From the IMG/VR virus record IMGVR_UViG_3300028364_000013: DNA of 64,000 nucleotides. One strand, 5' to 3'. Below the pieces are notes generated by a model, which had not been told where the DNA came from, searched no databases, and saw only the letters and a program-made list of their open reading frames with translations. The stretch comes from a virus (lineage: Duplodnaviria; Caudoviricetes). Shown here in pieces: positions 48,722 through 56,865 of this stretch. Every line of letters begins with the position of its first letter. Position 1 is the stretch's first letter. Both the position numbers and the translations under genes were made by a program.

Positions 48722-49695
48722 AGCCAGGCCAAAACATAATTAAACAAATAGAAGACGGGAATTTCAATTTAAGTTCGCATCCAGTTTTTAGTCATAATCC
48801 AAAAAGATTAATGGATATTGGTTTTAATAAATCTCTTGAGTTAATTAAAAGAAGAGTTGGAGACCACAATCTCTCCCCAGTATATTTATTTAATTTATAT
48901 AAAACGTATCAATTTAAAATAGATATTATTGAGAGTAGCATTAAATCAGAGCTTGAACAAATAGCGGAAGATACAATTAGAGAAATGTATGATGTACCAG
49001 AAGATATAAATATTAAACCAAAGATTGTTAATCAAGATGATATTGAATATGATTTTGACTCTGAAAATGAAAAAATAGAAGTCTCCCCAGAAAGACTAAG
49101 ATTAATAAAAGAAGAAGCAAATAAAAGAATAATACTAAATTCTATTGTTCATGGTTCATCTGTTATGATTTGGTCAAGCGCATATTATATTGTAAAAGAA
49201 AAACTTGATGAATTAAATAATAAATTAATTGAACTATATGATATTTATTCTGCAGTTGTTAGTTATTTACTTTGGCTTCAGGAACCAAGTCAAGATTTGT
49301 CTGGAGTAGAAAAACAAGGAGTTTGTGAAATTGATTTTGAAGATGGATTAAGTTGTGAAGGAATAAATTTTCCAGTACTTTTATTGGAGACAAATAAAGT
49401 GGTGATTGATTATCTTATTTGTAAAGGTATACCAACCGATTTTAGTGAAGAAGAGTTAAAATTATATTATGCTCTTTCAGATGATTATAATCAAGAAATT
49501 TGGCATAATACATTGTCTCCAGTTATATATTCTGATTTTTTAGAAACAATAGAAATAGAATCAAATAAATTACCTGATGTAATATCAAAATTATCTCAAC
49601 TAAATTATGAAGAATTAAAAACTGTGTTCATATCTATACAACAAGATTCAAAAGAATCAGGAAAAATAGAACTTTTAAAATTTAAAATCGTATAA
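48718..49695 (+). CDS. hypothetical protein
   Basis: 325 aa ORF; stop is the TAA of a class B promoter. Confidence 0.85.
   Translation: MKPGQNIIKQIEDGNFNLSSHPVFSHNPKRLMDIGFNKSLELIKRRVGDHNLSPVYLFNLYKTYQFKIDIIESSIKSELEQIAEDTIREMYDVPEDINIKPKIVNQDDIEYDFDSENEKIEVSPERLRLIKEEANKRIILNSIVHGSSVMIWSSAYYIVKEKLDELNNKLIELYDIYSAVVSYLLWLQEPSQDLSGVEKQGVCEIDFEDGLSCEGINFPVLLLETNKVVIDYLICKGIPTDFSEEELKLYYALSDDYNQEIWHNTLSPVIYSDFLETIEIESNKLPDVISKLSQLNYEELKTVFISIQQDSKESGKIELLKFKIV
49667..49695 (+). promoter_or_regulatory. class B promoter upstream of the RadA-like/sigma region
   Basis: TAGAAC-N16-CGTATAA. Confidence 0.65.
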
Positions 49696-49701
49696 TATAA
49701 G

Positions 49702-49848
49702 ATGAGGAATATACAGATGATTGAACCTTTGGTAGAACCAAAGCCAGTTACGAAACCATCTCCAACGGAAAAGCCCAAGGAGAAACCAAGGAGAGGAGAC
49801 CCATGGACAGTGCCCGCACCGAAAGTGAACCCCACTCCAAAGGCCTGA
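49702..49848 (+). CDS. small proline-rich protein
   Basis: EPKPVTKPSPTEKPKENPRRGDPWTVPAPK. Confidence 0.6.
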   Translation: MRNIQMIEPLVEPKPVTKPSPTEKPKEKPRRGDPWTVPAPKVNPTPKA

Positions 49849-49899
49849 ATAATACAGACTGTAACTTTTTAAATATTAATCGTTATAAACATAATAGTC

Positions 49900-50109
49900 A
49901 TGAAGAAGAGAGATTTTAGCATAAAGAAAAAGATTATAAACAAAGGAGAGTATGATATGCTTAGAGGGATGATGACTGATGAAGCATTTTTCGATACATT
50001 CATAGTGTGTGACAAGTTGGTCACAAGAATGCTCGCTGCTGAGGCAGTAACATATGTAGCATTTACAGATGTTTCTCCAGTATACAATGATACAGCAAAA
50101 TTAAACTAA
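49900..50109 (+). CDS. hypothetical protein
   Basis: after pA. Confidence 0.7.
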   Translation: MKKRDFSIKKKIINKGEYDMLRGMMTDEAFFDTFIVCDKLVTRMLAAEAVTYVAFTDVSPVYNDTAKLN

Positions 50110-50116
50110 GATAAAG

Positions 50117-51025
50117 ATGAAAACGAAAAGAACATATGATGAAGTTGAGATTATTAATACTCCGTCTATTAAGACAGGGATTAAAACTCTTGACCTGTTC
50201 CTTTCTAACAATGGAGGGTTCGAACTTGGAAACCTGATTCTTATGACAGGAACTTCAGGTGCAGGTAAGACAACTCTTTGCAAACTGATTCAAAGAGAAA
50301 TTAAAAAACCAACATTATTTCACGCCTTAGAAAGTTTAGCGTCTTCAGTTAAGAGACAAACTCTTAGAATTAAAACACATTCCAACTGTTTTATTACTGA
50401 CGGGAAAGATTACCAAGACTTTGATGAGTTCATGGATTTCATTTATAGAGATAAGCCAAGATTTGTTATGGTTGATTCACTTCAACACGCTGTGAAACAA
50501 CTTAGGAAAAAAGGCATGGGAAAAGATGAGGCTTACCACCACGTACTGGACTCTTTATACAGATGGAAAGATGAGACGCAAGGAATTGTAATTCTTATTT
50601 GTCAGTTGAATAAAGACAACACGTTTTCAGGACCGTCAGGAATGTTGTTCGATGCGGATGTTCAGGTACACTTAGAGTACAACTCTAAAACAGGAGTTAG
50701 AACAATGGATACGAAGAAAAATAGAATGGGTCAACTGGACTCGATTTATTATGAGTTCTCTTCAGGAGTTGAGGTGATGAAGTTCTACACTCAAGAAGAA
50801 TGGGATGTAATTAAAATGGGTGTCACTTTGCCAGAGATGTTAATGAACATCATCTTCCAGTATTCAAACGCCTACAGGAACCACGATTCGTATTCTGTAT
50901 TTAAGAAAGAATTCAACAAGAAGATTAAGGTGATTTATAATTCTATTGATGATGACCTTGAGATTTGTTTATCAGTTACAAAACTGATGAGTGAATTAAC
51001 TAAAAAGTATTTTGTAACTTTTTAA
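50117..51025 (+). CDS. RadA/Sms-like RecA-family ATPase
   Basis: Walker A GTSGAGKTT, Walker B VMVDSLQ, SGP....DADVQVHL, KNR. Confidence 0.8.
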   Translation: MKTKRTYDEVEIINTPSIKTGIKTLDLFLSNNGGFELGNLILMTGTSGAGKTTLCKLIQREIKKPTLFHALESLASSVKRQTLRIKTHSNCFITDGKDYQDFDEFMDFIYRDKPRFVMVDSLQHAVKQLRKKGMGKDEAYHHVLDSLYRWKDETQGIVILICQLNKDNTFSGPSGMLFDADVQVHLEYNSKTGVRTMDTKKNRMGQLDSIYYEFSSGVEVMKFYTQEEWDVIKMGVTLPEMLMNIIFQYSNAYRNHDSYSVFKKEFNKKIKVIYNSIDDDLEICLSVTKLMSELTKKYFVTF

Positions 51026-51069
51026 ATAACCATCGTTATACATACACGAACCAATAAATAGAGAGAGAT

Positions 51070-51711
51070 ATGACAAACGTAAAGAAAGATTCAGAACAAG
51101 CTACTAAAGATAAAGCAAACGTAGCAGTGCTTCAAGATATTAATGCCACAGCAAGAGCAAAAGATGATGCTTTTAGTAAGCTGTATGGTAGACACAACCA
51201 ACAAGTCCGCATTCACTTCCTCAAGAGATTGAGAGATACAGATGTTGCTGAGGATTTGCTTATGATAACTTTTGTAAAGGCGCATGAGAACATTAACACT
51301 TATGACCCAAAAGTGGGTGCATTTTCTACTTGGTTGTACAAGATTGCAAACAACTCTTTGATTGACTTGTTGAGAAAAGCAAAGTTCGAAGTTCTTTCTT
51401 TGGATTCGCTTCAAAGTAAGACGTCAGACGACAATGATGGAATGGAATTTCAATTAGATTCAGATACTCCAAACCCATTGCAAATTCTTGTTCATGATGA
51501 GGTAACAAAACAAGTTTCTGATGCAGTTAATTCTATTAAGTCCAAAAAAGTTCGTGAATTAATGATTTGCAGATACATTGATGAAATGAGTTTTGAAGAA
51601 ACGGCAAAGGCTCTTGGTCTTGAATTGAATTCAACACTTAGAACAGCTGTTGCAAGAGGTAAAGAGATTCTTAAAAAGAAATTAGCTAACCTTGAAAATA
51701 ATGTCTCATAA
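51070..51711 (+). CDS. RNA polymerase ECF sigma factor (sigma70 group 4, SigW/RpoE-like)
   Basis: region 2 VAEDLL...FSTWLYKIANNSLIDLLRK; region 4 RYIDEMSFEETAKALG...RGKEILKKKL; lacks regions 1.1 and 3. Confidence 0.92.
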   Translation: MTNVKKDSEQATKDKANVAVLQDINATARAKDDAFSKLYGRHNQQVRIHFLKRLRDTDVAEDLLMITFVKAHENINTYDPKVGAFSTWLYKIANNSLIDLLRKAKFEVLSLDSLQSKTSDDNDGMEFQLDSDTPNPLQILVHDEVTKQVSDAVNSIKSKKVRELMICRYIDEMSFEETAKALGLELNSTLRTAVARGKEILKKKLANLENNVS

Positions 51712-51942
51712 CATAAAACCAACGGTCTTATGACCGACCCCATACTACTGGGATGTGATAGTGTAGTGACTATTGTCTGGAAGTAGTGTTATGATAAAAA
51801 GCTATTAGTTCGGTGAATGAAGCAAAGCGTTAGCGCCAATAGTTTAAGTGCCCCGTGGTTATGATACACCACGGGGTTTTTTGTGCGTTGCCCCGAACGA
51901 GCGCAGCGTTGTAACTTTTTAAATATCCATCGTTATACAAAT

Positions 51943-52022
51943 AAGAAAAGGGCCTGGCGGAGAAAGTCGGAAGAGTAGACTCCAACGTGCGTTGGATTTT
52001 GTGAACAAGCTCCAACCTGCCC
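51943..52022 (+). ncRNA. candidate sRNA, GAGTAGACTCCA family (copy D)
   Basis: own pA; second CTCCAACCTGCCC at about 52010. Confidence 0.55.
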
Positions 52023-52105
52023 AATACTCTCGTGAAATATAAATTTATAATTTTAGAAAAATAAAGCCCGTTATTAACATATCGCCTAAAAAAGATTGTT
52101 TTAGG

Positions 52106-52134
52106 TAGAACATTTTAAAATCTCTTACGTATAA
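52106..52134 (+). promoter_or_regulatory. class B ECF-like promoter
   Basis: TAGAAC-N16-CGTATAA. Confidence 0.7.
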
Positions 52135-52280
52135 GATAATGAAAGAACAAATAGATTTATATTTTTTACACTTTGTAACATTTTGTAACATTTTGTAACT
52201 TTTTAAATCTATGTCGTTATACAGTCATAACCAATGACCGCAGGGCAAGACCTGCTTTGCAGTCGCAAAAAACAATTATT

Positions 52281-53156
52281 ATGAAAAATGAAAATGCATT
52301 TAACTGGGACATTAAGCAAACAGGAATTCTTGACATTAATGGAAACCCTATAAAAGGGTACAAAGAAATTACTCGTGATGACAATGGGTCAAGCATTGCT
52401 GTTATGAAAGAGTCTTATACGCCAATGACAACTCAACAATTCTCTGATACAGCAAACGAAGTTGCAGGTGCAATTGGAGGTTCTGGACTTATTTTTAAGG
52501 ATTGGAATGACAATAGTGTTGAAGGGCAAATGGGAGCTAACAAGCCCGTGATTACTTGTCAGATGGAAATGAGCGAGCCTCTTGAGATTGCAGGCTCAAA
52601 GATTGAAGGTAAGTTAACAATTGGTGTTGGATTTGACGGAGGGCGTAGCTTCTTTATTGGTCACACAAATACTTACCTTAGATGCACAAATGAATTCTCT
52701 TCAATTGTGAAGGACTTCAAAAGCAGACTTACTGTAAATAACATGGTAAGAGTTGAAGACATTATTAAAAACATTCAAACGTATAGAGATTACGAAAGAA
52801 ATTTATACGAAAACTTTGAGAGATTTCATAACACAAAAATTGATGAAAAGATTGTTCAAGAATGTCTTGCACGTCTTGTTGATTTGACTGTTGAAGAGAG
52901 AGCAATGACTGTTAAGGAGAGAAACACAGAGTTGTCTTCTCAAAAGTTGAACAAGATTGATGACATTACTGCAAGTATTAGAACAGAAATGGCAGAGCTT
53001 GGTAACAACGCTTGGGGATTATTCAATGGGGTCACACATTATTCTACACATATTATGAACTCAAGAGGTTCAAATGAGTTGAGTACAATGTTCGGAGCAA
53101 AGAACAAAGCAAACCAAATTGTTTATGGCTTAGGTCTTGAATTACTTGATGCATAA
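52281..53156 (+). CDS. DUF932-family phage/plasmid protein
   Basis: FDG....GHTNTYLRCTN and NAWGLFNGVTHY motifs. Confidence 0.75.
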   Translation: MKNENAFNWDIKQTGILDINGNPIKGYKEITRDDNGSSIAVMKESYTPMTTQQFSDTANEVAGAIGGSGLIFKDWNDNSVEGQMGANKPVITCQMEMSEPLEIAGSKIEGKLTIGVGFDGGRSFFIGHTNTYLRCTNEFSSIVKDFKSRLTVNNMVRVEDIIKNIQTYRDYERNLYENFERFHNTKIDEKIVQECLARLVDLTVEERAMTVKERNTELSSQKLNKIDDITASIRTEMAELGNNAWGLFNGVTHYSTHIMNSRGSNELSTMFGAKNKANQIVYGLGLELLDA

Positions 53157-53232
53157 GATGCTAAACAACAAACTTAAGGAGAGCAGAAATGTTCTCCTTT
53201 TTTTGTGACCAATTTTGTCTAAGGAAAGTTTA

Positions 53233-53321
53233 GGGCAGGGGTGGATTGCCTGTCAAGGCTGTGCTCTTGACTTTAAGGCACAGGGCACTTATTCTTACCT
53301 TGCCTGTTTCACTCAAGGGAC
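53233..53321 (-). ncRNA. candidate sRNA, AATCCAC-CCTGCC subfamily (copy H)
   Basis: own minus-strand pA; possible pseudoknot CTGTGC/GCACAG plus GTCAAG/CTTGAC. Confidence 0.5.
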
Positions 53322-53411
53322 ATAGTTATAACGATAATGGTTTAAAAAGTTACAACCGTTGGAATTCTGGTTTTTAATTCATATTTATCAGAAAATCTAA
53401 AACCAACAACC

Positions 53412-53657
53412 ATGAACCTAAAAGAAGCAAAACAATTGTTTGAAGAAATAGTAGAACTTTGTTACCAGACAGAAAATCAACAACTGATTGAAACCATTGA
53501 ACAAATTTATCCAGAAGTAGAAGAAGCAACAGCAGTTTTTAAAGTAATATCTTCAGCTGAAGAATTACAAGTTATCATAAACGAAATAGAATTCCTTCCT
53601 GAAGAAGAAGAGGATGTCCAGGAGCTGCAGGAGATAATCGAAAAGTTGTCAGAATAA
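53412..53657 (+). CDS. hypothetical very acidic protein
   Basis: ORF after ATATTTAT motif. Confidence 0.8.
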   Translation: MNLKEAKQLFEEIVELCYQTENQQLIETIEQIYPEVEEATAVFKVISSAEELQVIINEIEFLPEEEEDVQELQEIIEKLSE

Positions 53658-53714
53658 CATAAATAATTTTTATTTGTAAAAGTCTTTGCGTATCTTTGTG
53701 CAAAGACTTTTTTT

Positions 53715-54284
53715 ATGCACAGAGGAATTATCATATACTTATCAATCCTGATAGGCTTAGCTCTTACAGCTGGGGGTAGCTATTTTATTATTGACAACCT
53801 AATAAAACCACAGGGGTTTATGTTCGAAGGAATCATGGCAGCAGGCCTGGGAATAACATTGCTTATGTCAGTAATCGTTGCCGCAACAATCGGAAAGGCA
53901 ATTATGCTGTTCGGTGAAATCCTGGAGCAGACAACAAAGCTAAATCAGGAAATTGTAAAACAAAGCCAGCCGCAATCCATATCCAGTATATTTCAGGGAA
54001 TGATGCCGCCAGGCTCAAACATGACTGTTACAAACCTGAACACAGGAGAAACATCATCCAATAAACCTGAACTGGGAAAAATGAGTGAGATGATTTTTAA
54101 CGCAATGGCTGCTGGCTTGAGCGGCAAGACAAATGTAGAACTTAAAGATATGAGTGTCAAGGAGTTAGAGAAACTCTTGGCAAAAGCTATTAAGGATGAT
54201 GACTATGAATCTGCAACAGAGATTAGTGCAATCCTGAAGGAGAAGAAGAATCCTGGTTCAGGTGACTCTGAAAATAATTCATAA
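53715..54284 (+). CDS. membrane protein with C-terminal UVR motif
   Basis: 2 TM; ELEKLLAKAIKDDDYESATEI. Confidence 0.7.
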   Translation: MHRGIIIYLSILIGLALTAGGSYFIIDNLIKPQGFMFEGIMAAGLGITLLMSVIVAATIGKAIMLFGEILEQTTKLNQEIVKQSQPQSISSIFQGMMPPGSNMTVTNLNTGETSSNKPELGKMSEMIFNAMAAGLSGKTNVELKDMSVKELEKLLAKAIKDDDYESATEISAILKEKKNPGSGDSENNS

Positions 54285-54288
54285 AAAA

Positions 54289-54317
54289 TAGAACATTCTA
54301 AATTTATAAACGTATAA
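54289..54317 (+). promoter_or_regulatory. class B ECF-like promoter
   Basis: TAGAAC-N16-CGTATAA. Confidence 0.7.
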
Positions 54318-54321
54318 GATA

Positions 54322-54455
54322 ATGTAGGCTGAAAGATACCTACATTCTAACGAGATTTCCTTTTGGAAGTTTTAGTTGTCTATCCTGAAGGTGGAATATC
54401 CTGACGGAATTGTCTCTTATCAGAAAAGCTCGGTTTTGTCACCGAGCTTTTCGCT
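54322..54455 (+). ncRNA. candidate pB-driven sRNA
   Basis: no ORF; ATGTAGG/CCTACAT hairpin; AAAAGCTCGG/CCGAGCTTTT terminator. Confidence 0.45.
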
Positions 54456-54554
54456 TTTATAGTAAGTTGCTTCGTTACGAACAACGAAGTTGCAAGCAAA
54501 GCGGAAAATGAATTTATTCATTGTAACTTTTTAAATTCCTGTCGTTATACAATC

Positions 54555-54767
54555 ATGGGAAACCCAAATTCAAAAAAACACAAAGCAAACCACGCAGGCT
54601 ACAGAGATAAGCCAGGGCGTAGAGCAATTGACGCACTTTGCGGAATGTACGCTGCAATTGGTAATGTAGAAATTCTGGTTGGAACGCCAGGAGAAGGAAA
54701 GCCGAGACTCGGAACTCCAGTAAACAAAACACAGCCAAAACCAGGTACACAGCTTAGTTTATTCTAA
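54555..54767 (+). CDS. small basic protein (leaderless)
   Basis: ATG 5 nt after pA -10. Confidence 0.7.
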   Translation: MGNPNSKKHKANHAGYRDKPGRRAIDALCGMYAAIGNVEILVGTPGEGKPRLGTPVNKTQPKPGTQLSLF

Positions 54768-54820
54768 ATTGTAACTTTTTAAATTGACATCGTTATACAC
54801 TTAAATTAAAAACAATTATT

Positions 54821-55324
54821 ATGAAAAAGTATTTATTAGTATTAGCATTAGCAGGATTGTTCACTTCAATTTCAAGTTGCAAGAAAGAAACAATTGAACC
54901 GAAACCTGAACCAGACACAACAGTTGTCACAACCAATGAACCAGTAGCAATGAACCTTCAGGTTTATTCTTTTGATGACGGCAATGGATTTGCAGGATAT
55001 GACTTCAAAGTTGTCATAAAAAGCCCAAATGAGTCCGTTGACTCTTTGTCTACAACATTCTCCAATTATTCTGATGGAGTTACTTCACCAAACTTTGCAA
55101 CACTTCAATGTAATGTAGATACCAGTCTCGTTTATACGATAGACATATATGATAATGCAAATAATTATTTGTTAACTGTTCCTTTAGAGTTTCATTGGGA
55201 AGATTATATTCTGGCAGTCAATGATGATGCAAGTAGTACAATTACTGGAGAAGTATTTAACCATGATAACATAGAAACACAAAACGCCTCACAGGCTCAT
55301 GTTGTTTTAGCTATTGGTAAGTAA
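54821..55324 (+). CDS. lipoprotein
   Basis: signal peptide with lipobox ISSC-KKE, Bacteroidota style. Confidence 0.8.
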   Translation: MKKYLLVLALAGLFTSISSCKKETIEPKPEPDTTVVTTNEPVAMNLQVYSFDDGNGFAGYDFKVVIKSPNESVDSLSTTFSNYSDGVTSPNFATLQCNVDTSLVYTIDIYDNANNYLLTVPLEFHWEDYILAVNDDASSTITGEVFNHDNIETQNASQAHVVLAIGK

Positions 55325-55422
55325 ACTTTGTAACTTTTTAAATTCCTGTCGTTATACAGATATAACATAACCTGCGTGAGATTGTTCATGCAGGTTTTTT
55401 AACCACATTAAAACTTAGAGAT

Positions 55423-55752
55423 ATGAAATTCGTTTACATTATTGAAATTGGACAGCTTAGCAAATTAGAGAACAAATTTAACTTCTATGACATGGAAGTG
55501 TTCCCAAGTCAAAAGGCAGCTGACCATGTTGTTAAAAATATGATTGAGTGTAATACCTCTGGAGATTTTGAAGAACTTGTTAAGCAAGGTGATGTTAGAA
55601 TTGAGAAGTCTGAAGAAGGCGGATTCAAGAGAGGTGAAGTTAGTCATACTGTTTATACTTACAATTGCATGGGGTCTGGATTCAATAACGTTCCTACCAA
55701 AATGACAGTGAGATACGTAGTTAGAAAAATGTTAGTAAACAGAAACTTTTAA
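55423..55752 (+). CDS. hypothetical protein
   Basis: after pA. Confidence 0.8.
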   Translation: MKFVYIIEIGQLSKLENKFNFYDMEVFPSQKAADHVVKNMIECNTSGDFEELVKQGDVRIEKSEEGGFKRGEVSHTVYTYNCMGSGFNNVPTKMTVRYVVRKMLVNRNF

Positions 55753-55756
55753 TATT

Positions 55757-55942
55757 ATGGCAGACGCAAGAACAAAACAAACAAGAGTGCTTACTATTAC
55801 AATAGAAGTCTCTTCAGATGTAAAACTTCCTTCAGACCATGAGATGGTCTTAATTGCTGCAGCAGCTTCAGGAGCTATGGCAGACAAAGCAAAAGAGAAA
55901 GGGTTGACGCTCGATAACTTAATAACTCATAGCAATGACTAA
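55757..55942 (+). CDS. hypothetical protein
   Basis: ORF. Confidence 0.7.
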   Translation: MADARTKQTRVLTITIEVSSDVKLPSDHEMVLIAAAASGAMADKAKEKGLTLDNLITHSND

Positions 55943-56270
55943 TTTATTCTGGATACAAAAATATAGACAACAAATTTTCGCTCTGGAGCTTCTGGTGGCG
56001 ATTATTTTTGGACCTGCTCTGGCAAACATCCTGAGCGGCTCCGTCCTGTTAAGCCTGGTAATGATTGCAGCAGTTTTTCTATTTTTAGAAATTACTCTGG
56101 CTTTTACCAGGGTCACCTTTGCGAAGGTAGCCCATGAGAATACCAAGAAGATTTATGATAAGACACAGGCAGCACACAAAAAGATTAAACAGGACTACCA
56201 GGATATGACTGGTGAGCAACTGGACAAGCGCAGGGCAATACAGCATTCAAAAAAGAAACGTAAGCCCTAA
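55935..56270 (+). CDS. hypothetical membrane protein
   Basis: 2 TM plus basic tail. Confidence 0.75.
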   Translation: MTNLFWIQKYRQQIFALELLVAIIFGPALANILSGSVLLSLVMIAAVFLFLEITLAFTRVTFAKVAHENTKKIYDKTQAAHKKIKQDYQDMTGEQLDKRRAIQHSKKKRKP

Positions 56271-56307
56271 GAAGGCAAAAACAATATAAACTAAAAAGAG
56301 ATTATCA

Positions 56308-56339
56308 TTTGGTAGTCTCTTTTTTAATCACTACATTTG
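56308..56339 (+). promoter_or_regulatory. Bacteroidota housekeeping-sigma promoter
   Basis: TTTG-N20-TACATTTG. Confidence 0.8.
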
Positions 56340-56361
56340 CTTACATAAAAATTAATTAGAG

Positions 56362-56598
56362 ATGAGACTTACAGTACACGTATCAGGCGCAAAGAAAGAC
56401 ACGCACGAAAAGAAGACCAAAGAAGGAATTGTTAATGTTAAAAAAACATTTAACACTCTATCGTTCTCAAGTGTGAACCCAGAAGATGTTGGAAGCATCC
56501 TAAACAAGATTAAAGCTGAAGGGCTTGGAGAGCCTACCAAGCATTACCTCTCTAACGAGAAGATTCCTGGTCACGCCAGAGGGAAAAGAAAAGCCTAA
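56362..56598 (+). CDS. small basic protein
   Basis: ORF after host-type promoter. Confidence 0.75.
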   Translation: MRLTVHVSGAKKDTHEKKTKEGIVNVKKTFNTLSFSSVNPEDVGSILNKIKAEGLGEPTKHYLSNEKIPGHARGKRKA

Positions 56599-56712
56599 AC
56601 CCTGAACACAAATATATGAAAACCTTCAGCTATGCTGGGGGTTTTTTTTTGTCCAGTCGGGACTGGTCAAATTCAGATTTGTAACTTTTTAAAAACACAT
56701 CGTTATACAAAT

Positions 56713-56780
56713 GTCGATGCGAACAGCGAGACGGGTCTGGTCACCGAGGTGAACCGAAAGAGTAGACTCCAGCCTGCCTT
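56713..56780 (+). ncRNA. candidate sRNA, GAGTAGACTCCA family (copy E)
   Basis: own pA; hairpin GGTCAC-CGAG-GTG-A-ACC replaces the copy B hairpin. Confidence 0.6.
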
Positions 56781-56865
56781 ATATTTTCTTGCCAACCATT
56801 TTGTAAGCGAATCGGAAAAAGATTTTATTCTTTGTAACTTTTTAAATTCTTATCGTTATACAAGT

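Larger units (their letters stand above)
13024..56860 (+). promoter_or_regulatory. class A ECF-type promoter array (about 74 copies)
   Basis: TGTAACTTTTT(A/G)AA-N6-TCGTTATA. Approximate plus-strand TGTAAC positions: 13435,14351,14644,14968,15541,16257,16377,16618,17338,18033,18327,18562,19024,19206,19322,19584,20015,20330,20663,21071,21998,22738,23222,23786,24091,24662,25310,25527,26153,26537,27086,27443,28799,29301,29665,29775,30490,30692,31294,31412,31806,32630,33127,33765,34799,35199,35755,36074,37644,38014,38651,40840,41479,42053,42878,43002,43496,44402,44814,45461,45727,46705,49860,51013,51910,52194,54522,54770,55329,56680,56833. Minus-strand copies at 13024,13336,53327. Degenerate copies at 36736 and 57024. 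Confidence 0.85.

Noticed and set aside
53233-53240. GGGCAGGG as a KOPS site
   Set aside because: Single copy that is part of the sRNA 3' motif on the other strand.
16236-54510. GAAGCGG/AGCGG in linkers as Chi sites
   Set aside because: It matches Firmicutes Chi by sequence only, is confined to duplicated linkers, and I know of no such Chi for Bacteroidota.
13024-56860. Class A repeats as a CRISPR array
   Set aside because: Spacing is irregular (0.1-3 kb), the intervening sequences are genes, the middle of the repeat is variable, and no cas genes are present.
13024-56860. Class A motif as a dif-like or tyrosine-recombinase site (TGTAAC...GTTATA is weakly palindromic, 28 bp)
   Set aside because: The variable 6 nt are off-centre, no recombinase is in the window, and the fixed 5-nt distance to ATGs fits a promoter better. 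Not fully excluded as a secondary role.
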